DNA of 43,546 bases from Phoronis australis. Taxonomy: Eukaryota > Animalia > Phoronida. Under the pieces are notes generated by a model. It saw only the letters and a list, made by a program, of their open reading frames with translations. It did no database searches and was not told the origin of the DNA. The DNA is taken from positions 707,677 through 751,222 of the forward strand of contig NMRA01000021.1 in NCBI GenBank assembly GCA_002633005.1, read 5' to 3'. Position numbers and translations under genes: made by a program. This document shows positions 9,801 to 19,640 of the stretch, one piece after another (position 1 is the first letter of the stretch; the number at the start of each line of letters is the position of its first letter).

Positions 9801-12800
9801 GCGCTAACCTGTGAGATGACCAGTAGAGGTTGTGCAATTCGGAAGCGCAGTGATGTAAGGAACGAACGATGTGCCCCCGGCTTGCCGATCGACTAACCCT
9901 TGGTGCACCGCTCGGTTGACAAAGGCTCCTTGGTGCACCACTGGTTGGTAACTGTGAGCCATCCCCCACCCCCGGTTAACAGTTGCCTGGTAAATCCCCC
10001 CTCCTTGGTCGACATCTTTTGTCTCCCCTGTCGACAGATACTTTTTGGCCCCTCCACCTCCAGTTTCCACGTTTGGTGCTCCCGTGCCCCGATCTGGGGC
10101 CATTTCGGCCGCCACCCTTCTGCTGGCGCCTGGGAGCAGCTGCCCTTCCCTGATCCCCACTTGCTATGCCACTGATCATGTGTGAATCAAGAAAAGTCAA
10201 GTTTACCAACCAGGATACAAAACCCACTGCCTGGCCACCCCTCAGGCTGTAATGGGCTATTCTGTTACGCAAGGGATCAACGGGAGTGATGAATAACCAC
10301 AAAGTTTGAGGCTTGCCATGATGTAAACGGCATTGTGAATACAATGGTTCATGACGGCATGTAGATAGGCAGTCAGCTCTATAACGCTTAGCCGCACAAC
10401 ACTAAACACTTAGTGCAGCCTCCAGCGCCACGACCAAAAATTGTTCGTAACTAAAAGCAGTTGGTTACCGCATTTAACGAAACGAAGACTTGCATTAACA
10501 GGTAACGACCTGTCGGAGCAAATTTTTTGCTGCGGTTTTTGAGAAACTCTTACACGTTTATTAATAACGAGACTTATTTTTGCATTTGTTTTAGTTACGT
10601 TGGCTCATTTCAGGTGGAGAGCCTGACTGCTGCGCGCAAGTCTTCTTTGTCAGGAAATGAACCCTCCGATGCCATCAGAGTTGTGAATGCGCTGCTGACT
10701 CAAATAGATCAAATAAAAAGGTAAAAAATACTTAAACAAGCTGTTGGTTCATGTCTTAAATCTTTACTTTAAATAATTATGCTGTTGGTTCATGACTTGA
10801 ATCCTAATACTTAAACATGCTGTTGCTTCATGTCTTGTTTAGATTACTATTATTTGGGATATATTCTTCATTTTGTACTTTGCCGGAAAACAGCTGTTGC
10901 ATTTTCTATTCTATTTACTTGATCATTATTGTTGTATTGTTATTGTGATTATTGATTGTTTATAATAATTTGTACAATTATCATCATCATTATTATTACT
11001 AAGTTATTGTTGCAAAATGTTTACTTTTTAAATAGATGTCACATATAAAATAGTACTAGTAAAAATTTGAACTTTACTTGTAGATTGAAACATTCATTTA
11101 CTCTACTTGACCTTTATCCGCCATTTACGAAATTAAAAATAAGTCAAGTGGTGTGTAATCATGTCTGTGTCTGGTTACAGGAACTCCAATGTGATCATTC
11201 TAACCACGTCCAATGTAACAGGAGCCATAGATCTTGCCTTTGTGGACCGAGCAGACATAAAGCAATATATAGGGCCACCATCAACAGCTGCCATTTATAA
11301 GATCTACCAGTCGTGTATTAAGGAACTGATGAGAGTAAGTGTTGCCTATTGTGGAGCCAACGTATATAATGACCTCAAGACGGTATTAACTGCTGTCAAA
11401 TTTTAATATGATGGATACTAGGTTAAAGGGTTTATAAAACTCACTTTCTGCCAAAAAGCTGTCGATTTAGGCCATATATGGTAGAAGACCTTATCTCGTT
11501 TTATTCCTTTATTACTCAAATTAAAAGTGGTTTCCAGTTCCACAATGATCGAGGCCATATTGGAGGACATAATCGATGCGTAAAATGGTCTGCCGTGTCA
11601 AGCCATCTTATTTAGTTTCTTGGTCTTGAGCAGTAACAAAATTTTCAGTTCTTGGTATGTTCAGAAAACACTGAGTCCATATAATTGTATGTGACTTAAA
11701 TCAGTGTTAAGAATGAAGGTTTACAGCAGCTTAAAGAGAAGATGAATAAGCAGAAAACTATTCAGTTCAACTGTTTATGGCATGAACGTTATCAAAACCT
11801 CTGCCAGCTGTAATACAAAGAGCTAGTCAGTACCTTTTGTAAATCTCAACACAAGATCTCCCGACATCAAAAAAAACAAACTTTCCAAATTGATATAGAA
11901 GTGTTACCTGCCACATTTCCTTGGCCTGATCCTGTACCACTATCACAAAACGTCTTGTTATCAATGTCAAGTTCTTTTAAAGCTGCATTTTCATGCTTTT
12001 TAGCTGTCAGTGACCAATTCTTAACCGAAGCACTTTGGGTTTTAAAAACCTTATCACACTTATCCAATATTGAATTGGTGCTGATAAATACACCATTAAG
12101 TCACAATTTTAGGGTTGGCCAATCCCAATAAACTCTGAAGAATTTTATGTCGCTACCTGGTTTTCATGTTTTTGTTGGTGACAGAAACAGAATGCGATCA
12201 TGGTAAGGAATGTTATGAGACCAATTTTATGAGAGAAAAAGGCCCGATTCGATTTTCGTTTCTTAGCTAGGTAAATAGGACGAAATGCGGCTTTAAAAGG
12301 GATTGGTATGAAGATATAAAACTCATTTCTCCTGAAATAATGTTTAGTAGTTTGAAACCTAATGGAAATTTCATTCAGTTTTGAAATGCTTAGTAAAATT
12401 TTTATTTCCTGAGTGTCAAATTTATACTTTTATGTGGTACCATTTCTTTGTGCACTATCTTGTCTTATGTAAGGCATTTCAGCTTTGTGTCACTTGTGTG
12501 GCTCTGAAAATAGGTGACCTTTGCACTAATGATGCACCTTAGGGGCTTACATAGCAGTGTTATTCCCCAACACCACGTCATGCAACTTACTGGACATGGT
12601 TGAGTGATTTATGGAGGATTGTTCTTAAAAACATTTGGCAAATTTCAACGCACTTCATATTCACATTGTCGCTTTATGTTGTTCTTCTAACAAATTTGAC
12701 CAACCAGTCACAGAGATAAGGAATTTGCATACAAGTTGCACTTAAAACACGGGACAAAGTTGACCTAAATTTAGAATAGATTTAAAGTGGCGTAGAAGGT

Positions 12801-15800
12801 GAATAACAGATTAAATTGTATTATGTAAAGTGATTCTGTGCCACTGAAACAGAAGTCAAACTGTTCACCAGGCACGTTTATGGTTGGTTTGTTTTTAAAT
12901 ATTTTGAACTTCTGTTGATGTCAAAGTATTTTTTCTTTAGTTTCAAATTTCAAAAAATGATCCAGCAACTACTCATCATCTCGTTGATTTTTCTTCCACA
13001 ATGCAAAGCACGTCTCCTTATTTTGTATGGCAGGACATAGACGTAGCACATTTCCCTTTCTGGAAAATGTGACTTTTTACCTTTGATGTAAATTAAACTG
13101 GTGATTATGCACTTGGGAAATGTTTACTGGATAATTCTTTGAGCGCATGTGCACACATATATTATTAGGGGCAGAGAATTTGAAAACTGTATTGGGATGA
13201 AAGCGTATATTCCGTCTGCAAATAATAATGAATCTGACAAATTTTTCTAGACATCCTTACAATATTATATAACTCTCATGTTAGCATCCCCCAAAAGAAG
13301 ATTCAACACGATCTATTTGAAATTTATTTTCTGAGTTTTAGTGTTCAATGCTTTTTTAATCTTTTGTTTGGGAACTGAGGACTAGATGTGACTGTAAAAA
13401 ACAGCAGTGTCGGCATGTTTTGTCTTTTCATACAATACACCGACTTGGTATGTACATAATACATATGTACAAAACATTATATCACCAAAGAATGCAGGGC
13501 TATATGGAGGTTCGCATGTGTCACTGCTTTTTATTGTGTTTCAGTCAAAGTTGTTGTTTACATTCATAGGCCAACATTATCAGCCCAGCTGAACAAGTTT
13601 TTGACTTGAAGTCGCTAGAGCTAATAAAGTTTACGGAGAATGCAGCAACTCAGGCCAGCTTATGTCTGCGGAAAATAGCAATGTAAGTGTACCGGTCATT
13701 TTAGGAACTGACTGGCTGTTAAATACACGGACGTCAGTAACTATTAATCATCTTTTGTGTTGTGACATGAAAAATACTTTCTCTGATGATCTCCATGCAT
13801 GTCGTCCTTGGCTGACGTTTTTTTCCGACAAGTTTTGTACCTGAAAAGTACTTTCTATAGCAATTCCTAATGTCAGTGGAAACTGAGTAACAAATGCAAA
13901 CAAACTAAGGGCTGACCAGACCTCTCAACTAGTTGCTGGTGTTTGGGGTTACAACTTGATTGCTATCCTTATATGGACATGTTGTTTTTGTAAAGCTTAA
14001 ATAACCTAAGTATATTTATTATCTTCAAATCAGTCTGTTAGATATAAAGGTCTCATCAAATGATGCATTCAAGAAAATGTACTTGGCCTGATTTTGCACA
14101 TAAGCAAGTTGCAAAATATTTCAAGCCATAAGTATTCAGACAATTGACCCCAAATTCTCTGTCATGGCGGCTGGGCAGAAGTCAAGGTCATCACCAGAAT
14201 AGCCTTGTCTCACATTGGAGAAGGAAGGGGAATTTTTAGTACGGTGGCTGAGTCATTCTGTAGTAGTTTTCTCCCCATAGTAGTTATAACCCGCCATTTT
14301 TGTGGTAACCAGGATTAGCTGTCATAACAGTGAAATGATATTTTGTCTGACTTCTTTATCTTGTACTGTATTAAAGTTTTATGAATCTAGGAATTGTATG
14401 AAAACAAATAATAATATACTTTTGGTGTATTATAGTTTGTTAACACTGGAGTCTCTCTAGAATATACAACGGTTAGTCCGTTTTATCATTTGTTGTATTG
14501 GTGTTTCACCAAGAGTCAGTCACTGAGTGGTTGCACATTACACTGAAGTCTCTGTAGAAAGTACAACTGTTTTAACATTCCCTGTATTACTGTTTCAGCA
14601 AGAGTCAGTCACTGAGTGGTCGCACACTGAGAAAGCTTCCCTTCTTGGCACATGCTGTATTTATTCAGGTAAGAAAAAGAGTACGTGGGAGACGAATAAC
14701 AGGAGACTATAGCAGACTTTCGAAATAGCTGCACCATATTAAAATATACTATCCCGTCACGTCTTTGGTGGACAGGCGTTCAGCGCCACCTACAGATCCC
14801 ATGTAATACAGATGGGAGTTCTCAACCTAACAGTATAAACGGTGTTCTAATACCTTGCCTGTTGTCATAGTGGCAACTACCTACCGTTACATAATCATAC
14901 AACAAACAAGTATTTTGAAAATAACTCATAGTGATTGGGTTAGATTATTATAACGGGGGAGAAGAAAAGGGAAGGGTGAAGGACTTTTATACACTTGTTC
15001 AGACTCACATTCACTCGATTTAATTAACTTATGTTTACATTTACATAGTGTGTTTTCATGAAAAAATCAGTTTTCTTCGTATATTGTTTAAGTCATTTTA
15101 AAGAGATGCCTGCAAAACCCTCCATTGTTCTAAAGTTTTACCCAAGGCATTCAGTAGAATAAGATTCACTGCGTCAAAAAGTATATAAAATTATTAAAAC
15201 ATGGTTAAGATTGTCCCTCCATATGATGACGCTACTGAGCGTGAATAGATATGGTATTAAAGATGTCACTTTGTTTACCAAAGAAGCATACTAAGTAGTG
15301 GTATACATAGACAGTCCAGTAGGCAAGTTAAACACTTTACTTATGAGATGATGTAAGGAATTCCAGAAACCTTTAACACAGAAGCACCAGTTAAAAAAGT
15401 GTTCACTAGTACGCTTTTAAATGTTTTCATCAAAATTGACTTTTTCAGCATCACCCCCGTTTCCGCCAATTAGTATATTCCTTGACTTTTAATAGGCTTT
15501 TGGGGTCAGCTCATACCGTAAAAGGGAATACAATTTTTTCGCTGTAATGTTGAGACAAATATATCCTCATATTTTTTACAATTCAAGTGGAGCCCAGATA
15601 ATGCTCCTAAGTAATCTAAAAATCTAATGTTTTGCAATTTTAATTTTGTGATTAGCTATTGTGAAGCCTCTAATGAATTCATTGTTCTGATATAGTGTGA
15701 CATACACAGAACAAACAGCGGACTTGATAGTGAGTCTCCTTGTTGGAGGCCTTTCTCAATGTGAAAATACTGTGATATCTCTCGTGGCTCTTTTTATTGC

Positions 15801-17754
15801 CCATCTTTCCAGAGATTATTATTTTATCTTTATGTTATTTGTACACTCATATTTCTGTACCTTATCAGTCATAATAAATGACCTTATATCGCCTATACAC
15901 GGTCTCCTTTGTATCTCTGGAAACGAAGCTTGCGACGCACCTATTATTTTCGGGACATATTCTGAGCATAAATGATATTTCACTCGTTAAATATATTTAT
16001 GTGAGAATATGGACTCGTCCCCCTTATACCCCCATCTTTCGGACTGGTCCAATAACCCCTTGTGTAGATTCGCATGCAGTCCTGCACTCGAGGCACTAGG
16101 ACATTCCATTTCCAGCCTCACTATTGGTTCATTTGTGTTACTGCCACAAGTTTGGTCAGCTCCTGGCTCCCATAGGCTGATGATTGTCACATGTCATAGG
16201 GCTCCTTTGTTCTCAGTAAAGTTATATTTCCTGCCATCAGTACTTCATTTTAGCAGCACTTAGGTTCGAGTCTAATCTCTCTTCATTTTTTTTCCCACCC
16301 TCTACCACCCTCTCCTTAGGGTAGTTCCTCTTACCCGAGTGCTGGCTCTTTTTATTGCCCATCTTTCCAGAGATTATTATTTTATCTTTATGTTATTTGT
16401 ACACTCATATTTCTGTACCTTATCAGTCATAATAAATGACCTTATATCGCCTATACACGGTCTCCTTTGTATCTCTGGAAACGGAGCTTGCGACGCACCT
16501 ATTATTTTTGGGACATATTCCAAGCATAAATGCGTTGTTCAACACACATTACGAAATTACAGAATGCAATGTACGGATTCTATTGATAAAGATGTTGCCA
16601 AAATTAAAAGCTTTAAATTAAGGATTGAAAGAAAAAATCCTGATTCACAGTATCATATGCTTTCGTGAAATCGAGGAATACAATGTGACTATACGGCAGC
16701 GCTTTTCTTTTTAAAATTCACTCCGTATCATCAAGTAAACATACATTTTGGCCGATATGTTTCGGCAAGAATGTTTGATTTGGACGATTAAATTGCATTT
16801 GTATTTATATAATTATTTTGTTTGTGATTGTTTTAGTTATTAATTTATGGTCGCAGTTCAAAGGAGGGATATATAAAGAAGACAGCAATTCCACAGATTT
16901 TTTATTTTTGGCATTAACGTGATTGCTCCTTGGTTTTGAGAATTAGACATGTGGCCATTTCCAAACCTGTATGTGATACTTGCCACTAAATCGTGTTAAA
17001 ATTTCTAGCCGATGCCATCATTACCAGGCGTCTTGTAAGATTTTGTCTCTAACAGTAACAGTTCTAGATTGTAAGAATCTGCAGGAGACACCTTTTTGTA
17101 AATTGGTAAATTAAAAAGATTGTTTGGAATTGTCCTTTCTCCACTGCAGTCTTCAATATTGAAGTTTTATGTAATGATTGAGCCACGTCATATTTCATAT
17201 GCTTGCTGCATCATGTATAATTTTAGCACCATCTTTAAGGGCATTAGATGTTTTTGCTTGCTGTGACACAACTCTAGGTTTTTAAATTATTTTCCACTGC
17301 GCTTTACTACGGAGAATCAAGCCTTTAATTTTTTGGGTCTGAATAATTTCCAAATCAATTTTGGCTTTTAGTACTGGTAAATCTTTTTGAGTTCCTCTGA
17401 AGGGTCACCTTTCACCTAGGATGTCAAAGCATTAATTTTTTAAAACAGTTTCATCAGGATGGGTCTCTTTTGCAACCTCTTTTGCAAAGGAGATTGAAGT
17501 TTCCCTATTTCCATTGTAATTAGTTCCCACACGCAAGTGATATGGAAGACATGAGGTCCAAGGGATATATTATTGTAATCTGTATAAGGCACATCACGAC
17601 GTACTTGATGCTGGATGTGTTAGTAAGCCTTAGCTAATACATGTTGTCTGGATGTTTACAGAAACCCAGTGTAAGATTAACAGAATTTTTGGCTGCATTG
17701 GACAAGGCAGTAGACAAGCAGTTTGAAGACAGACACCAGCTCACGATGGACTGA
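770..17754 (+). CDS. TRIP13: TRIP13 / pachytene checkpoint protein 2 homolog (AAA+ ATPase), complete spliced CDS, 11 exons, 1293 nt, 430 aa
   Basis: join(770..873,5716..5872,6620..6799,7518..7608,8490..8626,9198..9284,10614..10720,11181..11334,13570..13682,14599..14668,17662..17754). All introns GT-AG, phases consistent, no internal stop. Walker [29 protein letters not shown], Walker [57 protein letters not shown]. Confidence 0.97.
1266..2602. mobile_element. Non-autonomous THAP-containing foldback DNA transposon, Kolobok-like
   Basis: Inverted arms 1266-1576 and 2288-2602 (about 310 bp, roughly 85-90% identical by eye), termini AGGCG...CGCCT, flanked by TTGA (1262-1265) and TTAA (2603-2606). 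TTAA target, purine termini and THAP domain fit Kolobok. Confidence 0.8.
1580..2335 (-). pseudogene. Disrupted THAP-domain protein (N-terminal part of a transposase) inside the foldback element
   Basis: From ATG 2335: [37 protein letters not shown], then stop/frameshift into [13 protein letters not shown]...LKKGTIPSL (THAP FP, W, CxxHF and AVP-like motifs). Later fragments EPKF..FIV and [14 protein letters not shown] lie in other frames. Confidence 0.8.
3272..4260. mobile_element. Non-autonomous Mutator-like (MULE) element, 989 bp
   Basis: Perfect 49-bp TIRs GCAAAAGGTACCCGCTCATCCAAAACCTTTACGGCAAACAGATGGCGCT (3272-3320 and reverse complement 4212-4260); perfect 9-bp TSD ACTGCAGCC (3263-3271, 4261-4269); no internal transposase. 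Confidence 0.9.
4842..5587. repeat. 46-bp minisatellite, 16 copies plus partial
   Basis: Unit CTCATTTGTTGTTGTCACTTTACCAAATAATTTGAGGGTACATGAC, head-to-tail, few substitutions. Confidence 0.97.
5716..5872 (+). CDS. TRIP13: TRIP13 exon 2
   Basis: TTTCCAG acceptor; (S)[15 protein letters not shown]...[15 protein letters not shown]...EQSK; donor GTAGGT at 5873. Confidence 0.9.
5927..5940 (+). promoter_or_regulatory. CTCF-like motif
   Basis: CCACTAGGTGGCAT, close to the CTCF core CCACYAGRKGGCR; motif only, no binding evidence. Confidence 0.4.
6620..6799 (+). CDS. TRIP13: TRIP13 exon 3 (not in the supplied ORF track)
   Basis: TTTCAG acceptor; [60 protein letters not shown]; donor GTAAGT at 6800. 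Confidence 0.96.
7518..7608 (+). CDS. TRIP13: TRIP13 exon 4
   Basis: TTTCAG acceptor; [30 protein letters not shown](G); donor GTATGT at 7609. Confidence 0.96.
7564..7723. repeat. 52-bp tandem triplication spanning the 3' end of exon 4 and its donor
   Basis: TTGACTGTAATGTTATCTCATGGAACAGAGTAGTCCTATTACATGGTATGTT x3, donors at 7609, 7661, 7713. Confidence 0.95.
8075..8355. repeat. 23-bp minisatellite, about 12 copies
   Basis: Unit AATGGTTTGGACTTTGCTGTCAG; explains the repetitive ORFs at 8076-8466. Confidence 0.96.
8490..8626 (+). CDS. TRIP13: TRIP13 exon 5 (Walker A)
   Basis: TGCAG acceptor; [46 protein letters not shown]; donor GTACGA at 8627. Confidence 0.97.
8893..8908 (-). promoter_or_regulatory. 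CTCF-like motif
   Basis: Reverse complement TCACTAGGTGGCGCTA; motif only. Confidence 0.45.
9198..9284 (+). CDS. TRIP13: TRIP13 exon 6 (Walker B)
   Basis: TTACAG acceptor; [29 protein letters not shown]; donor GTATGT at 9285. Confidence 0.97.
10614..10720 (+). CDS. TRIP13: TRIP13 exon 7
   Basis: TTTCAG acceptor; [35 protein letters not shown](R); donor at 10721. Confidence 0.97.
10727..10837. repeat. Degenerate tandem repeat of about 40 bp, 3 copies
   Basis: Recurring GCTGTTG(G/C)TTCATG(T/A)CTT core with AATACTTAAAC leaders, just after the exon 7 donor. Confidence 0.75.
11181..11334 (+). CDS. TRIP13: TRIP13 exon 8
   Basis: TTACAG acceptor; [51 protein letters not shown]; donor GTAAGT at 11335. 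Confidence 0.97.
13570..13682 (+). CDS. TRIP13: TRIP13 exon 9
   Basis: CATAG acceptor; [37 protein letters not shown](I); donor GTAAGT at 13683. Confidence 0.93.
14443..14630. repeat. Diverged tandem duplication (about 90-97 bp) of the exon 10 acceptor region
   Basis: TGTTTCAC-CAAGAGTCAGTCACTGAGTGGTTGCACA (upstream copy) versus TGTTTCAG-CAAGAGTCAGTCACTGAGTGGTCGCACA (true exon); preceding intronic sequence also aligns. Confidence 0.85.
14599..14668 (+). CDS. TRIP13: TRIP13 exon 10
   Basis: TTTCAG acceptor; [23 protein letters not shown]; donor GTAAGA at 14669. Confidence 0.96.
14781..14795 (-). promoter_or_regulatory. CTCF-like motif
   Basis: Reverse complement CTGTAGGTGGCGCTG; motif only. 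Confidence 0.4.
15785..16532. repeat. Two near-identical 190-bp direct repeats (15785-15974, 16343-16532) around a 368-bp unique segment
   Basis: Both start TGGCTCTTTTTATTGCCCATC and end AGCATAAATG, offset 558 bp, only a few substitutions. Confidence 0.92.
17662..17754 (+). CDS. TRIP13: TRIP13 exon 11 (terminal coding exon)
   Basis: TTTACAG acceptor; [30 protein letters not shown] then TGA (17752-17754); matches the TRIP13 C-terminal FL.AL..AVDKQFE motif. Confidence 0.95.
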   Translation, partial: KPSVRLTEFLAALDKAVDKQFEDRHQLTMD

Positions 17755-17845
17755 GATTGCCAGAGAATAAGATGCACTATTGAAGAAGACAGACATAAAA
17801 TTGCGATGAACTGATCACCCGAGAGTGTCCAGTTGTATTATTGAA
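17725..17845. repeat. Diverged 60-bp tandem duplication covering the TRIP13 C-terminal codons and stop
   Basis: GAAGACAGACACCAGCTCACGATGGACTGA (17725) versus GAAGACAGACATAAAATTGCGATGAACTGA (17785); both units end TATTGAA. Confidence 0.75.
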
Positions 17846-18020
17846 AGATATTTAACAGTGATATACACCACCATCTGCGATACCACAATATTGTTCCTTT
17901 TCAACAAACAAGTGTAAACAGTAATTAAAAAATAACTTTGGATTTAGTCCTGTGAACACCTGGTGAAGTGAAGTTAGTCTCAACTTGTTCTTTACTTGAC
18001 TGCTGATTTTTGGGCTTGGA

Positions 18021-18349
18021 AACAACTGATAGTGGTTGTTTACTATTGAAAAGTATATTCAACCACTGATAGTGGTTGTTTACTATTGAAAAGTATATTC
18101 AACCACCGATAGTGGTTGTTTACTATTGAAAAGTATATTCAACCACTGATAGTGGTTGTTTACTTTTGTCAAGTATATTCAACAACTGATAGTGGTTGTT
18201 TACTTTTGACAAGTGTATTCAACCACTGATAGTGGTTGTTTACTTTTGTCAAGTATATTCAACAACCGATAGTGGTTGTTTACTTTTGACAAGTGTATTC
18301 AACAATTGATAGTGGTTGTTTACTATTGCTTGACAAGTATATTCAACAA
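18021..18349. repeat. 40-bp minisatellite, about 8 copies, probably in TRIP13 3' UTR
   Basis: Unit AAC(C/A)ACTGATAGTGGTTGTTTACT(A/T)TTG(A/T)(A/C)AAGTATATTC. Confidence 0.95.
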
Positions 18350-18786
18350 TGTTGACTTGCCACAGACGGTCATGTGCTGAGCATGTCCAAGGCACTAACC
18401 ATCAACAGGACAGTCATAGTTTGAAATATCCTTTGTCCTGTAGCTAGGAAAATGTGTTGTTATATTGGCCACGTTTTACAAATGTAAAGCCCATTTGAAA
18501 ATCATGGCAGAAAACATCGCATCTATGAAAACTTCTCAAGTTTCTCCAACTTTCTGCAATTAGAGTTACAGCCCACAACACAACTTCACTAAAAGTTCAA
18601 AATCAATATAGTTAATGCAGTCGAGAATAATTAGAAAAAATTAGGCACCAGCAAATAACTTGAGAAGCTCCAATGGTACGAAATTTAGGTCAGAGAACTG
18701 GAATCCAAGCTTTGGATCCCCCAAATCCCAGTCCTGGACCACAAACACCAAACCCACAGTATAAATTCAATATGCTTGCCCCCATT

Positions 18787-18930
18787 TGTATACTCCACAC
18801 AGGCTGAAAATATTTAATACCTAGAGACCAAACCCCAGACATGGACCACGCGTCAATGTATACTCCACACAGGCAGGCTGAAAATATTTAATACCCAGAT
18901 ACCAAACCCCAGACATGAACCATGAGTCAA
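18787..18930. repeat. 70/74-bp tandem duplication
   Basis: TGTATACTCCACACAGGCTGAAAATATTTAATACC...CCAAACCCCAGACATG...GTCAA twice; second copy has a 4-bp internal duplication. Confidence 0.9.
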
Positions 18931-19640
18931 GATAGGAATCTGGTTCCTACATCACGACAAGTGGAAAAAGAATATTTCATTGACATATCAACCCTTTTTG
19001 AGGGTGAGGTAAGGGGAAACGTAAGACTTAACAGGCTTATTAAGTGAAATTACTGCAGTCTATATTATGAAGAAAACTTAACACATAGCTGCTGCTGAAT
19101 CACCAGGGAATAAAAACTGTGTTAATGTTACTTGTTTATTTTTAATTATACTTACGATCTCACAAAATGTGCGGTATTTACATTTATCAACCTTTGTGCA
19201 CAAAGTTATTTAATAAAGTCATGAAATGATTTTGTAGCTATTTTAATGTACAGTAACCACAATTACATTAAGCGGCTATGTGCCTGCGCTTCACGATGGA
19301 AGTAACAAAATTTTGATTTAGACCACTTTCTGCAATGAGTTGGTATCGACTTATACTCTGCTCAGATGAGAAGTGATTTTAGGTTTTGCAAAGATCTGAC
19401 AGTTCTTCATTGCTTCCCAAGAACAAAATGACGCCTGACTCTGTTCTTTCCAAGCATATAAATCATCCCTCTTCTGACTATGGAATGAGTTGAGACCATT
19501 TTAATAACAATAAGTGATCTAAAATAAAAAATACTGTTAAGTCACGTAAGGTGCCTTTATAGCTGCTATGTCCAGGAATGTGACGTACATAATGTACAAA
19601 GCAAAGCTCATCTCCCTGTAGTAGCTGAGACTGGTCTGGG

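Noticed and set aside
15697-16668. Duplicate ORFs and LTR retrotransposon interpretation of the direct repeats
   Set aside because: ORFs merely read through the repeat; no TG...CA ends, PBS, correctly placed PPT, TSD or gag/pol similarity.
17800-17845. SECIS element that would recode the TRIP13 TGA as selenocysteine
   Set aside because: ATGA is present but the 3' GA of the quartet and the apical AA are missing.
4842-18349. Arrays of 46, 23 and 40 bp units, some with hairpins, as CRISPR-like arrays
   Set aside because: Units are head-to-tail with no unique spacers, no cas genes, eukaryotic context; they are minisatellites.
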